A stretch of 58,906 nucleotides of DNA from a virus (IMGVR_UViG_3300027779_003675:1-58906); one strand, 5' to 3'; shown: positions 17,912-27,983, counted from the first letter of the stretch. Program-made: numbers and translations. The notes: generated by a model not told the origin, from the letters alone.

Positions 17912-18981
17912 ATTAGCTTCCGGAATTTTTCCTCAAAGTACTCGACCAGCTCAGGGTTCTCTTCTAAATAAGACATAAGTTTTCTTTCTCCTTGTATTTT
18001 TTGAGGTATTTCGAAGCCGGACTCCTTAGCTTCGCTCACTGCTTCCTCCGAGAAACCCATCCAGCCCGCGCCTTTAATTTTAAGCATATCAAAAGCTATT
18101 ACAAGGTCAAAAATTTCTCTTTCTTTCCATATGTGCGCGCCGTTTACTTTGTCGTATTTTATAGGGACCGAAACCTCTTCTCCTGTTTTTTCGTTTCTGG
18201 TTTTGGTGAACCTCATAACGCAGTAATGGCCTAGCTTTTTGCCTTTCTCCTTGATTGAGCTCGCCGAGGGGTTCTCCCAAATAAATAAGTCCGTCCAAAG
18301 GGGCCTTATTTCCACTATGGTGGAACTATAAAACCCTAAAGCCTTTCCTCCTGACTGGATGGTGCCGACCTTCCCTGTCTGCGTGTTCATTTTTGTCCTA
18401 ATTTGGGAGAGGATAATTAAACTATGCCCAAATCTGGAGATCGGGAGGCTCAGTGCCTTCCCTGCTACTGAGAAAACCGAAGCTCCTCCGGCTATTTTTT
18501 GAGGACCGTTGAACCCTTTTTTAGAAAGGTTATCTTCGTCGTCTTTGCGAATTAGTGCGTCGCTAGAGTCCATGATAAACATGTAGACCCTTTCTTTATC
18601 GTTGTTTAGGGCAAGTTCCCTAATCATTCCTAAAGCTCCTTCTAGGTAGTTGCTCTCAAAGCAAAACCATTTGTCTTCGCTCGTGTCTATCCCTATCCTG
18701 TCAATTAGCTCCGGAGTAAGTCTGCCTTCTGCGTTTATATAGACTACGAATGAGTTTTCGATCTCTTTTTGGAACCTCTTAGCTAGGTTTAAGGCGAAGC
18801 TTGTTTTTCCGGACTCGAATTCTCCGGAGATTCTGAAGATTCCGGGCTTTACCCCTCCGTCCAAGTGGATATCTAAGGAAATGCTTCCCGTGTCGCAGCT
18901 CCAGTCTTTGGCTTCCCCTTTATTATAATGTAAGTCTTTTAGTTTTCCTTTTTCTAGGAGTGTTTGTATTTGTTTATCCAT
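17908..18981 (-). CDS. recA: RecA/UvsX-like recombinase
   Basis: TGSISLD..GG, GEFESGKT, FIMDS, SQIR, SGGKALGFY. Confidence 0.9.
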   Translation of the reverse strand: MDKQIQTLLEKGKLKDLHYNKGEAKDWSCDTGSISLDIHLDGGVKPGIFRISGEFESGKTSFALNLAKRFQKEIENSFVVYINAEGRLTPELIDRIGIDTSEDKWFCFESNYLEGALGMIRELALNNDKERVYMFIMDSSDALIRKDDEDNLSKKGFNGPQKIAGGASVFSVAGKALSLPISRFGHSLIILSQIRTKMNTQTGKVGTIQSGGKALGFYSSTIVEIRPLWTDLFIWENPSASSIKEKGKKLGHYCVMRFTKTRNEKTGEEVSVPIKYDKVNGAHIWKEREIFDLVIAFDMLKIKGAGWMGFSEEAVSEAKESGFEIPQKIQGERKLMSYLEENPELVEYFEEKFRKLI

Positions 18982-19327
18982 TTTTTAAAAAGTCGATTAT
19001 GTTTTGTGGTTTTAGTTTTACTTGTTTATCTTCCCCTATTTTCTCTTCCCCTATCTCAAAAGTCTCATTCTTTTTTAAATCAAACTCTTTGATTGATTTA
19101 ATTTCTTTTAAATATTTGAACTTCTCTGGCTGCAAATACTTAACTAGCGTATATACTTTGTAGTCGTCCCTGTTTCTGACTATCCACTTCCAGTACATGG
19201 GATCCGGGAAGAATGCATAAAGTTTTTTAGCCTGCTTGAGTTGGTGGAAAAAGTTTACTTTTTCTGGGTTTACGCAGAAATTCGCTATAATGAATTTGCA
19301 GGTGTCGTGTTCCTTATTGGCACTCAA
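18974..19327 (-). CDS. Hypothetical protein
   Basis: 117 aa; TTG start 6 nt after a -10 box. Confidence 0.65.
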   Translation of the reverse strand: MSANKEHDTCKFIIANFCVNPEKVNFFHQLKQAKKLYAFFPDPMYWKWIVRNRDDYKVYTLVKYLQPEKFKYLKEIKSIKEFDLKKNETFEIGEEKIGEDKQVKLKPQNIIDFLKNG

Positions 19328-19333
19328 GAAGGC

Positions 19334-19362
19334 ACCTTAACACGGTTTTGACGCTTAGTCAA
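19334..19362 (-). promoter_or_regulatory. sigma70-like promoter, leaderless
   Basis: TTGACT-N17-TAAGGT-N6-TTG(19327). Confidence 0.7.
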
Positions 19363-19364
19363 GG

Positions 19365-20354
19365 TCAATCGTATTTTAGATCGTACTCCCGCTTCCAGTA
19401 ATCAACCATATCTTTAACGAGTGACTTAAAATTGAACTCTGGCTCCCAGTTTAACGCTTTTCTGGCTTTCGCGGAGTCTCCTTTTAACTCTTTGAGTTCC
19501 TCCGGCCTCATAAACTTAGGGTTTTGGACAACGTATTCCTTATAGTCAAGACCTAAACAAGAGAAAGCTTCCTCGCAGAAGTCTCTTACCGTGTGGCTTT
19601 CTTGTGATGAAATTATAAACTCATCAGGCTCGTGGTGCTGTAGTATCTTGTGCATTGCTACTACGTAGTCTTTTGAGTGGCCCCAATCTCTGCTGGCATC
19701 TATGTTTCCTAGCTCGAGTTTAGTTGATAGTTTTTTAGCTATCGAGACTGCGCCTCTGGCTATTTTAGCTGTTACGAAGTTCTCTCCTCTTCTTGGAGAC
19801 TCGTGGTTGAATAGAATCCCGTTAGAGGCAAAAAGGTTGTAAGAGTTTCTATAGTTCCTTACGATGCAGTATGCGGCAAGCTTTGAGCATCCATACGGAC
19901 TCACGGGCTTCATCGCGGTGCTCTCTCTTTGAAATCCATCCTCATCTATCTCGTTTCCAAACATTTCGGAAGAGCTTGCTTGGTAAAATCGAGCTTTTGG
20001 GCATACGCTTCTATAAGCCTCAAGGAGGTTTAGCGTTCCTATCATGTTTGTTTGGAGAGTAAACTGAGGAACGTCAAAACTGATCCTGACGTGGCTTTGG
20101 GCTCCAAGGTTATAAATTTCGTCGGGCTGTATTGTCGCTAGAAGTTTGTATAGCGACGAACTGTCCAAAAGGTCTCCGTAGTCGGTCCTTACTAGGTTTT
20201 TAGAGGTTAAGTGGTCTATTCTCGCTTCTTGGCTTGACGCAAGAGAGTGTCTCCTGATTAACCCGTACACTTCGTAATCTTGCTCTACAAGGCGTTCCGC
20301 TAGGTAGCTTCCGTCTTGACCTGATATTCCTGTAATGAAGGCTTTCTTTTTCAC
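19365..20354 (-). CDS. gmd: GDP-mannose 4,6-dehydratase
   Basis: ITGISGQDGSYL, YNLGAQSHV, FYQASSSE, SPYGCSK, GILFNHESPRRG, RDWGH. Confidence 0.96.
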   Translation of the reverse strand: MKKKAFITGISGQDGSYLAERLVEQDYEVYGLIRRHSLASSQEARIDHLTSKNLVRTDYGDLLDSSSLYKLLATIQPDEIYNLGAQSHVRISFDVPQFTLQTNMIGTLNLLEAYRSVCPKARFYQASSSEMFGNEIDEDGFQRESTAMKPVSPYGCSKLAAYCIVRNYRNSYNLFASNGILFNHESPRRGENFVTAKIARGAVSIAKKLSTKLELGNIDASRDWGHSKDYVVAMHKILQHHEPDEFIISSQESHTVRDFCEEAFSCLGLDYKEYVVQNPKFMRPEELKELKGDSAKARKALNWEPEFNFKSLVKDMVDYWKREYDLKYD

Positions 20355-20389
20355 ATCTTATAATAGTTCTTAGTTCTTGTTTTTTCTGA

Positions 20390-20977
20390 TTATTTTGAGA
20401 AAACAGACATTTCTCTTAGGTCTGGCCAGTCTGAGATTACCCATTTTCTTGGCTCTTCGTTTATGGCTGTTTCTAGTTTCGCTAGCCCAAGTTTAGCTGT
20501 TTCTGGAGTCATGTAATAATGGTAGCCTATAGTTTGTATGTCCTGCTCTCTCCAAGGAACATCTGGGTGCCTTCCGTCGTAGGACATTTTCTTTAAGGTT
20601 TCTGCCGCTTTCTCATTATCCGTTAATATCATTCCTCCTCTGCCAAGGCTTAGGTGTTTTTGGAACTGGAAACTTACGCTCATAAAGGTGTTTGGGACAT
20701 AGCTGTCCTTTTTCCATAGCACTGCGGCGTCTATCACGTTGTAGGTTAGGTAATAATAATCCTCCCAGTCTTCTTCTTTCCAAGTGAGTTCGATGTTTAG
20801 CTTTTTCGCAAGAAACGGGATTGATATGTATGTCCTCGCTGGGACCCCTATGCTGTCTACATTAAATTGTCTTAAGCATAGTTCTATTCCGTGTGTGCAG
20901 CAGTCTACGGCTACTGCGTAAGGGGAACCAAAGAAGTCCGCTATTCTTTCTTCGAACTCCGTTACTATATTAAACAT
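20390..20977 (-). CDS. Short DegT/DnrJ-family PLP sugar aminotransferase
   Basis: FE..IA.F.G..YAVAV, IDAA, SFQFQKHL..GRGGMI. Confidence 0.85.
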   Translation of the reverse strand: MFNIVTEFEERIADFFGSPYAVAVDCCTHGIELCLRQFNVDSIGVPARTYISIPFLAKKLNIELTWKEEDWEDYYYLTYNVIDAAVLWKKDSYVPNTFMSVSFQFQKHLSLGRGGMILTDNEKAAETLKKMSYDGRHPDVPWREQDIQTIGYHYYMTPETAKLGLAKLETAINEEPRKWVISDWPDLREMSVFSK

Positions 20978-21512
20978 TTTTTTTACATTCTACGTTTAGA
21001 CTTATGAGGGTGCCGTTTTCTTTATCCATGTGGGGTAGGTAGGCTTGTGAATGGTCGTCCACGTGGGAGTGCTCCGTGTCTTTCCAGTCGTATAGATTGA
21101 TGTTTCTAAAACCATTTTCAAATAATAAAACCTTTAAGCTATGTTCGTCGTATACTGTTTTGTGGTATATTTTTTCGTCGCCCATGTCCATCCTTCCATA
21201 TAAAGGCCCTAAGAATTTATCTAAGCTTGTAGATGTTTCTACATACATCCTAGCCATGGCTTCGAAGTCGGGCACAGCTAGCCTTAGGGTTCCCTTGGGC
21301 GTCAGGGTTCTTTTCCATTCTTCTAAGATCTCTGAGGCTTCTTCTCTGTCAAAATATTCCAAGACATGGGATGCGTATATTAAGTCTACTGAATTATCGT
21401 CGAAAGGAAGGTCTGTTATCTTACTGGAGTGAAGATGCTTGTGGTTGCCGCCGTCTATATGGGTCCAGCTTTTGCCAAAGTTTCTTTTTCCGCAGCCTAG
21501 GTGAAGTTTCAT
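20970..21512 (-). CDS. SAM-dependent methyltransferase (type 11)
   Basis: LHLGCG, LPFDDNSVD.IYASHVLE, LAVPD. Confidence 0.88.
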   Translation of the reverse strand: MKLHLGCGKRNFGKSWTHIDGGNHKHLHSSKITDLPFDDNSVDLIYASHVLEYFDREEASEILEEWKRTLTPKGTLRLAVPDFEAMARMYVETSTSLDKFLGPLYGRMDMGDEKIYHKTVYDEHSLKVLLFENGFRNINLYDWKDTEHSHVDDHSQAYLPHMDKENGTLISLNVECKKNV

Positions 21513-21946
21513 TCTATAAAGGTTTTGTCTAGCTCTTGGCCTAAATAAGGTCCTGTTTTAAACTCGTAGACGAAGGTGTTGGGTGAGGCGGCTAGGTAGT
21601 TGTGTCCTCCCCTGAAGGTCATAGAGAGGTCTCCCGCATTTAGGGTCTCTTCAGATATAATTGAATCATCTAGGTCATAAAGGGTAGCTATAACGCTGCC
21701 GCTTAAAACAACCCAAGATTCCTGAGCTATGTTTGTTGTCTTTTCGTGGGTTATGTGCTTGTGAGCCTTGAAGGTCTTGCCTGCGTTCATTTGCAGTACG
21801 GCTGCTTGTAGGAATTCTCCTTTTGGAGCTATGTCTATTCTCCCCCCTTCCGCTTTAGCTTGAAGTGCTACCATTTCGGGGTCGTCAATTCTGTTTACTA
21901 TATGCAGTAGAGTTCCGGGTTCTATTTTTGAGAATATTTTTTTCAT
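21509..21946 (-). CDS. Cupin-fold protein (WbuC-like)
   Basis: HKH..QESWVVLSG, GGH, EFKTGPY. Confidence 0.75.
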   Translation of the reverse strand: MKKIFSKIEPGTLLHIVNRIDDPEMVALQAKAEGGRIDIAPKGEFLQAAVLQMNAGKTFKAHKHITHEKTTNIAQESWVVLSGSVIATLYDLDDSIISEETLNAGDLSMTFRGGHNYLAASPNTFVYEFKTGPYLGQELDKTFIE

Positions 21947-21957
21947 TTTTTTTTATT

Positions 21958-22884
21958 CTACGACAAAGGTAAGACTGATTCGTCTGGGTAGAGATATCCG
22001 TTCAGCCACTCTATGACGTCCCCGCTTGGCTCCCATCCTAGCAGCCTTTTTGCCTTTGAGTTGTCGGCTAGGGTAACCTTGGGTTCTATTCTTGACTCTA
22101 AATAATCCACAGCTTTCGTTGCTGGGTGCTTTTTAAAAACTTCGGATATTTGATTAATGCTTCTGTTGTCTCCGTTTCCAATATTAAAAGATTCGCCAGA
22201 TACTCCTTCCGTGGTTGCTGCTAGTATGTTTGCCTGCACAACGTCTCGTACGTATGTGAAGTCTCTTCTTTGTTCTCCGTCTCCAAATATAGTAAGGTTT
22301 TTGCCTTCTCTAATTTGTTGAATGAATTTACCTATAACCAAACAGTAAGCCCCTTCTGTCGGAGCGTTTTCTCCGTAAACGTTAAAATATCTTAGGCTTA
22401 CGGTTTCTATATCGTGAATTTCTGAATATAGTTCGCAATACTGTTCCCCTATGAGTTTCTGTAGTCCGTAAGGGCTTAGGGGTTTCTTGGGCGCTGTCTC
22501 TGGGGTAGGAAAGGTTTCTGTATCTCCGTATATAGAAGAAGAGGAACTGAATACAAATCTTTTTACCCCTTGGTGCCTGCACATTTCCAGCAAGGACAAG
22601 GTCCCTTCTACGTTTGCTTTGTTAAACTCTACTGGATGCTCTATAGAGGGCTGAACTCTGGCTTTAGCTGCTAGATGAAAGACTGCGTCTACTCCGTCCA
22701 GAGCTTCCATTATTTTATTATTGTAGTTGCCGCCAGATATATCTGCGTAGACAAAGTGATACTCATCTCTAAGGGGGAAGTCTCCCGCTAGATCTACAAC
22801 CGTTACCTCGTGCCCATCTTTAACTAGCCTGTTAACGAGGTGTGTTCCTATGAATCCGTGTCCGCCTGTTACTAAGTATTTCAT
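21958..22884 (-). CDS. NAD-dependent nucleotide-sugar epimerase
   Basis: VTGGHGFIG, FHLAA, SSSS, SPYGLQK, LRYFNVYG, RDFTYV. Confidence 0.93.
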   Translation of the reverse strand: MKYLVTGGHGFIGTHLVNRLVKDGHEVTVVDLAGDFPLRDEYHFVYADISGGNYNNKIMEALDGVDAVFHLAAKARVQPSIEHPVEFNKANVEGTLSLLEMCRHQGVKRFVFSSSSSIYGDTETFPTPETAPKKPLSPYGLQKLIGEQYCELYSEIHDIETVSLRYFNVYGENAPTEGAYCLVIGKFIQQIREGKNLTIFGDGEQRRDFTYVRDVVQANILAATTEGVSGESFNIGNGDNRSINQISEVFKKHPATKAVDYLESRIEPKVTLADNSKAKRLLGWEPSGDVIEWLNGYLYPDESVLPLS

Positions 22885-23675
22885 GATTTTCTCAAAGTTT
22901 TATTTCTTTCCCAAGCGGCCTGCATGACCATAGGGTTTATGTCGTTTCTTTTAAATAGTTCGATTAAGGCGTTTAAATCCTTAGGGAAACATTTTCCTCC
23001 GAAGCCCGGTTGTCCGTCTGGTCCGGGAACGTCTATGTGCGAATCGCCTATTCTTGAGTCACTAGTGAACCCTTCTATCAATTTTCCCCAGTCGCCCCCG
23101 ACTTTGTCTGATAGCATTTTTAATTCGTTCATGAAGGAAACTTTTGTGGCAAAAAAGCAATTCAATGCATACTTTATCAGCTCTGAAGTTACGGTGTCTG
23201 TTATAGTATACTTCATGGAGTTGAATCTTTTTTCGTATAGGCTTTTGATTTTGTTGGCGCTGTCTGGGTTGTCGGAACCTATCAATATTTGAGCGGCGTT
23301 TATGAAGTCCCACTTAGCCCTTCTTTCGGTAAGAAATTCTGGGTTAGACGAGATCTTTAGTCCGTATTTTTCTGTCATTTTGCGACAGGTGCCGGGAAGT
23401 ACTGTTGACTTTACGATTATCTCTTGGTTTCTTGGGGGTTTCTCGCTTAAGTGTTTGAATATACTTTCGACTATAGAAAGGTCGCAGGTCCAGTCTTCAT
23501 TGGGGGGAGTTGGAACGCATACAAACAAAAAGTCTGTATCTATGGTTTCTGAAAAAGAATGAGTTGAGGCTTTAGGGTCTGTGTCGTAGACCTTTACGTC
23601 GTGGACCGGGCGAAGCCCCCATGCCGTTGCCGATCCTACAAACCCTCCTCCTATAATTCCTATTGAATGGTTCAT
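22881..23675 (-). CDS. ugd: UDP-glucose/GDP-mannose 6-dehydrogenase family, lacking the C-terminal domain
   Basis: IGGGFVG, CVPTP, KSTVLPG, NPEFL, GFGGKCFPKD. Confidence 0.88.
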   Translation of the reverse strand: MNHSIGIIGGGFVGSATAWGLRPVHDVKVYDTDPKASTHSFSETIDTDFLFVCVPTPPNEDWTCDLSIVESIFKHLSEKPPRNQEIIVKSTVLPGTCRKMTEKYGLKISSNPEFLTERRAKWDFINAAQILIGSDNPDSANKIKSLYEKRFNSMKYTITDTVTSELIKYALNCFFATKVSFMNELKMLSDKVGGDWGKLIEGFTSDSRIGDSHIDVPGPDGQPGFGGKCFPKDLNALIELFKRNDINPMVMQAAWERNKTLRKS

Positions 23676-24646
23676 AAAACTTTTTCCAAGAATTGCTTAA
23701 CCCTGTGAGAAGTAGTGTGCCTCTCTTTCACTAAATTATAGCAATTTTGGGCTAGTTTTTCTTGGTCGAATTCATCTATGGAGTTAAATATATAGCTAGG
23801 ATCGACGCCCCTTTTGAAAAGAACGCAGTTCTTACCGTCAACAAAACCGTTAATTTCCATTTCTTTGCCTAGGTCTGGCGAGATATTTATTGATTTAGCT
23901 AGGCCTGACTCAAAGTATCTTGGCACCATCCTTCCGTTGGTCCCCCCGTCATGGGGGCCGAACTTAGAAGACAAGAGGTTGTTGGCGTAATCTTCGTTAG
24001 TTATCGTCCCTTCTGTCCATCCTTCCCCGAAGGTGTTTACAACCTTGTGGGTTGAGCAGTCGTTTTGGAGTATCTGGTTAAATACGTACCTATATTGATA
24101 CTCGGGCACTACGGCACCGCTAAGAAAAAAGTCTATGTTCTTTTTTTTGTTATGCTTGTGTGAGTCAAATTCCTCAGAAGACCAACAGGGCCAATGAAAA
24201 AACGGGACACTGGGGAATAGGCTTTTCATAAAATCTAAATTAAATAAATAATTATGAAATACGCCAGAAAAGTTTACCTTATGGGATCTATCGCTAAACT
24301 CCATTAGCCTAGCGTCCTCTCTACTTGTCGCCGAGTCGGTTAAAACAAAATATACCTTAGACTTAAGCTTCGTTAGGTCTGAAGATTTAAATCTCGCGTC
24401 CCATATAAAGATAATATCAGGTTCATCAAGGGTAGTTTCCTTTATTATTTCGTAAATATCCTTTTCGTCTAAAGCGCTAGATTCTCTTCTGTTGGTGTGC
24501 TCGTGTCTTCCTGACTTAGAAAGATAGTCCGTATGAGAAAAATAAACTTCCTTGTGTATGGAGGGGAAGACCGTCTCAAAGTCCCAGTAAGATCTAAGCC
24601 GGTAGTTTAAGCAGGATTTTTTTATTACTAGTATTTTTTTAGACAT
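23672..24646 (-). CDS. Glycosyltransferase (CgeB-like GT-B)
   Basis: FLSG..Y.YR, Y..L..SK, PRYFE, GFVDG.N, HT..HR. Confidence 0.65.
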   Translation of the reverse strand: MSKKILVIKKSCLNYRLRSYWDFETVFPSIHKEVYFSHTDYLSKSGRHEHTNRRESSALDEKDIYEIIKETTLDEPDIIFIWDARFKSSDLTKLKSKVYFVLTDSATSREDARLMEFSDRSHKVNFSGVFHNYLFNLDFMKSLFPSVPFFHWPCWSSEEFDSHKHNKKKNIDFFLSGAVVPEYQYRYVFNQILQNDCSTHKVVNTFGEGWTEGTITNEDYANNLLSSKFGPHDGGTNGRMVPRYFESGLAKSINISPDLGKEMEINGFVDGKNCVLFKRGVDPSYIFNSIDEFDQEKLAQNCYNLVKERHTTSHRVKQFLEKVL

Positions 24647-25338
24647 TGCGCGACGACTTCTCTTAGGTCGCAGTTTCTTAAGTTTGGATTTGGGTGATTA
24701 AATCCATACCCTTCAGAGAGGCGGTGAATTCTTATGTTGTTTTCTTTTAGGGTTTTGTTGAACTCCGGAACTTTATCCTTAAGTTCTCCTATTTTTGCAA
24801 CATCGTCTAGGGGCCCTACTGCGTCATCTACGGTTCCAAAAAAAAGATCAAAGTGTTTTACTATATCGTTTTCTACCATATCGTTTATAAGATGCCACTC
24901 GGCTCCTTCGATATTTATTTTTATCATGTTTATATTTTCTTTGAAGTCGGGAACATTCTCTTTTAGCCAATCGGAAAATTTTACCCCCTGAACCTCTTCG
25001 AATTCTTTGCTTTGTTTTATGTTATCTTTAGTGTCAAAGATAGAGTATCCCATTTCGTGCTCAGCGTAGTAAAGCTTTATAGGGGTGTTTACGTTGGATA
25101 TGGCTAAGTGATGTATGTTGACGTCACGGTTTTTGCGTACCCCTTTTTGGGCGACAGGGGGTGTTGCTTTTGGGTGGCTCTTGTATTTTTCTTTACAATA
25201 AAGGTAATACTCCTCACAAGCTTCGAACCCATGTATGCTGTAGTTTTCTATTCGTTGTTCAGGAAACACCCCGTCTACAAACCAGTCAAGTTCTTGTCCG
25301 TGATGTAGCCCTAGGTCAAAGTAGTTAATTCTTTTCAT
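24628..25338 (-). CDS. FkbM-family methyltransferase
   Basis: FDLG.HHG, IHGFEA, KINIEGAEW. Confidence 0.8.
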   Translation of the reverse strand: MKRINYFDLGLHHGQELDWFVDGVFPEQRIENYSIHGFEACEEYYLYCKEKYKSHPKATPPVAQKGVRKNRDVNIHHLAISNVNTPIKLYYAEHEMGYSIFDTKDNIKQSKEFEEVQGVKFSDWLKENVPDFKENINMIKINIEGAEWHLINDMVENDIVKHFDLFFGTVDDAVGPLDDVAKIGELKDKVPEFNKTLKENNIRIHRLSEGYGFNHPNPNLRNCDLREVVAQCLKKY

Positions 25339-25342
25339 TGTT

Positions 25343-25777
25343 TTATAGTATATAATCAGTGCATACCGCTGCGCAGTTGTAGTTTTTTTCTTTCCAGTCT
25401 GAACCTTTGTGAACTATAACAGAGTTCTTAGTGACTTCCTCTTCCGGAAAGGTCCAAATATAGCCTTTCGAAGTTATTGTGAATTTGTCCGTTTCGTGCC
25501 AGAAGCAGTGAATTCCATAATAAAGCATACTTTCTAGAGCGGGTAGGTTTTTTGCGTGGCACCAAATTTTTTCATTTTCCAAAAAAGTTTTATCAATCGG
25601 GTAGGTGGGTTTGTCGTGTCCAAGTGAAAAATGGCCGTTTACATACCAAACATCTGCTTCGCAGTGATAACTTTTTGACAGTGCTTTTTTTATTTGAGCT
25701 GGGTGGTTTTCTGATTCAAGTTTTGGTCCGTCTAGGTTGCCTCTGTGGGAAATTTTAATCATTTTGATTTTCCCCAT
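25343..25777 (-). CDS. Short glycerophosphodiester phosphodiesterase-like protein (start probably at the second Met)
   Basis: ISHRGN..EN, CEADVW, GHD, WCHAKN, VCTD. Confidence 0.75.
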   Translation of the reverse strand: MGKIKMIKISHRGNLDGPKLESENHPAQIKKALSKSYHCEADVWYVNGHFSLGHDKPTYPIDKTFLENEKIWCHAKNLPALESMLYYGIHCFWHETDKFTITSKGYIWTFPEEEVTKNSVIVHKGSDWKEKNYNCAAVCTDYIL

Positions 25778-26949
25778 TTTTCTATTGCTTCGTAGTATTC
25801 TTTACCAAGGGTGTTATCTATTGCTTGCCTCATTGCTTTTGACCCGCCTAAGGTTCCCGACGGGTGTCCGTGAAGAGCTCCCCCCACGTTCGCCATATAA
25901 TTTATTCCAAATTTTTCTGTAACTTTATTAACTAATCCGGGATGCATTCCGCAGGAAAGAGCAGGCATAACATTGTGCTTGTGAAGAACGTCTATAACCT
26001 CTTGTAGGTCTTTTTCGTCATCGCTTGCATAACCTCCCCACATGCCCGAATGAATAAAGTCTACCCCCATTAGCCCCGCTAATCCACAAATCACAGACCA
26101 ATCTATTCCAAAGCGATGCTGGGTATCGGTTATTACTTTGTCTCCGCTTTTTTGAAAATGAATAAAAAGAGGAAGATCAAGTTTTCTTAGCGAATTGTAT
26201 ACCCCTAACCCTGACCAGATGTTGACATGGACAGCGTTCCCTCCTAGTTGGTGGACTAGCTCTGCCCTTTTAAGTACAGAATGATGATCGCCGTTAATGC
26301 AAAAAGCGTATACAACATTTGGGTTTTCAGCTCTTAGATATTGAGAAATTATCCTCACTCTATCTTCTAGGGGGCAGAAAGATGGGTTGGATAATATCTC
26401 GTCTTCTTTGATAAAGTTTACCCCTCCTTCTGCGAGCTGTTTTACCATCTCGAGCAAAATTTCTGGAGATATTCCTGTTTTGGGTTTTATTATTCCTCCT
26501 AAAATAGGTTTATTATGTACTTTTGTGAAATTTCTGATTCCCTCAATTCCGTATTTTGGCTTCAGAAAGAACTCCTCTTTTATTTTTCGGGGGACTTTGA
26601 GCTCTGTTAGCCTGCATTTAGTTATACTGTCGATGTCCATCTGCCCTCCCATTAATTGGCAGAGCAAGTGGGAGATGCCGTCACCTTCCCAGTCGGTGTT
26701 GATTGTGGGGAAGCCTATCTCTACCGTTCCAGACCTTACGGAAGAGAGGGTGTTCTCGTTACCTTTTATTATGCATGAGTGTTTTTCGAAAAGCTCGTCA
26801 GATTCCCAAGAATTTCTTACGTTTGGGTTGCCGACGCTTTGTCCTATGGCTAAATTCCAACTTGCGTCTTTTAGTGATACGGAACTCTCTAGCTTGTAAG
26901 TAGCTATAGTGTACCTATCTTCGTCTATGTTTTCTTTAAATAGTTTCAT
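25759..26949 (-). CDS. RuBisCO-like protein (form IV RLP)
   Basis: PKYGIEG.R, IIKPKTG, GGVNFIKEDE, GVDFIH, SCGMHPG, GGALHGHP; lacks E60/H294/K334 equivalents. Confidence 0.9.
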   Translation of the reverse strand: MKLFKENIDEDRYTIATYKLESSVSLKDASWNLAIGQSVGNPNVRNSWESDELFEKHSCIIKGNENTLSSVRSGTVEIGFPTINTDWEGDGISHLLCQLMGGQMDIDSITKCRLTELKVPRKIKEEFFLKPKYGIEGIRNFTKVHNKPILGGIIKPKTGISPEILLEMVKQLAEGGVNFIKEDEILSNPSFCPLEDRVRIISQYLRAENPNVVYAFCINGDHHSVLKRAELVHQLGGNAVHVNIWSGLGVYNSLRKLDLPLFIHFQKSGDKVITDTQHRFGIDWSVICGLAGLMGVDFIHSGMWGGYASDDEKDLQEVIDVLHKHNVMPALSCGMHPGLVNKVTEKFGINYMANVGGALHGHPSGTLGGSKAMRQAIDNTLGKEYYEAIEKWGKSK

Positions 26950-27259
26950 ATTTATCTTTAGGCAAGGACGGAACCCTTACGACTAAGACCCTGCAGTCTT
27001 TCTCGAAAACGGGGTCTGCTATTTCTTTTTTTTCTATAATAAAGATGTCTCCGGCTTTTATTTTGGTTTTTTGTATAGTCATCTCGCCGTCCAAAAGTAG
27101 GTTGTACTCGGTCGACCTCTTGTGGAGGTGAGCCTTCCACTCTTCCCCTTTTTTGTGTTTTACGACTCCCACTTCAAAGTCTTCGGTCCTTAATACGGAT
27201 GGCTCAAAGTCGCCAATAAACCATCCTCGATACATCGTTGAGTGCTTAATTATTTTCAC
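26936..27259 (-). CDS. Cupin-fold protein
   Basis: GWFIGDF, HLH..TEYN, GDIFII. Confidence 0.75.
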   Translation of the reverse strand: MKIIKHSTMYRGWFIGDFEPSVLRTEDFEVGVVKHKKGEEWKAHLHKRSTEYNLLLDGEMTIQKTKIKAGDIFIIEKKEIADPVFEKDCRVLVVRVPSLPKDKYETI

Positions 27260-27983
27260 GTCTGAGATATTCCCTTAGGTCGTCTGGAGTTCCTACGGGG
27301 TTGTGTTGTGCGTTTGGTATGTGGTAAATGCCTATTTGCATTTTTTGCATTATCATCTCGTTATAGGTAGGGCCAATATAAAACTCTCCGTTTATGGATC
27401 TTTTGCCTTCTGAAATCATTGTTTTGGCGCTGTCCATATAGTATTTTCCTTTTTTCCAATAATGGATACCGTTTAAAGAAATATTGCTAATAATTTCTTT
27501 TTCTTTTATTTCTATAATTAGACCTTTTTTGTTTAACCTTGCGTAGCTGTTTTTGGTTGTGTTTGCATAGTATGTCACAGGTATTCCGTGGTAACTGTTG
27601 GCGGCACAAAAGTTTTCAAACGCTTTTCCGTCCCAGTGCATTATTTGGTCACAGTTGGCGATAACTAACGGCTCGTTTGGTTTAATCGATTTCTTGGCTA
27701 GCAAGGCCGTGCAGGCTGGGCCTTCAGTGGTGTAGTCTATTTCTATAAGCTCTACTTCTTTTATGTTTGACGTTTTATTTTTTAGGTTTAGCAAAATCCT
27801 TCTTAACTGGTCGAGGCTTTTTCCTTTTTTTAATATAAAAATATATTTCCCGGAGATTCCTAGCGACAAAACAGCTTTTGAAATCATGCTTTCGGAGCCT
27901 ACTTTAATTAGGGGCTTTAAGTCTTTGAATCCTTCATTTTTGAACCGTTTACCTTCTCCGGCCATAGGTATCAAAACATTCAT
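27246..27983 (-). CDS. Sugar-phosphate nucleotidyltransferase
   Basis: IPMAGEGKRF..KPLI, TEGPACT, NCDQ, NGEFY, GTPDDL. Confidence 0.9.
   Translation of the reverse strand: MNVLIPMAGEGKRFKNEGFKDLKPLIKVGSESMISKAVLSLGISGKYIFILKKGKSLDQLRRILLNLKNKTSNIKEVELIEIDYTTEGPACTALLAKKSIKPNEPLVIANCDQIMHWDGKAFENFCAANSYHGIPVTYYANTTKNSYARLNKKGLIIEIKEKEIISNISLNGIHYWKKGKYYMDSAKTMISEGKRSINGEFYIGPTYNEMIMQKMQIGIYHIPNAQHNPVGTPDDLREYLRRENN

Noticed and set aside
26387-26899. Antisense ORFs in the track (e.g. 26387-26899, 9227-9598, 22924-23292, 40665-41066, 56560-56826)
   Set aside because: Shadows of well-supported genes on the opposite strand, with no recognisable motifs
25759-26949. Carbon-fixing RuBisCO (rbcL) auxiliary gene
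   Set aside because: Key carboxylase residues (E60, N123, H294, K334 equivalents) are substituted; no rbcS or prk
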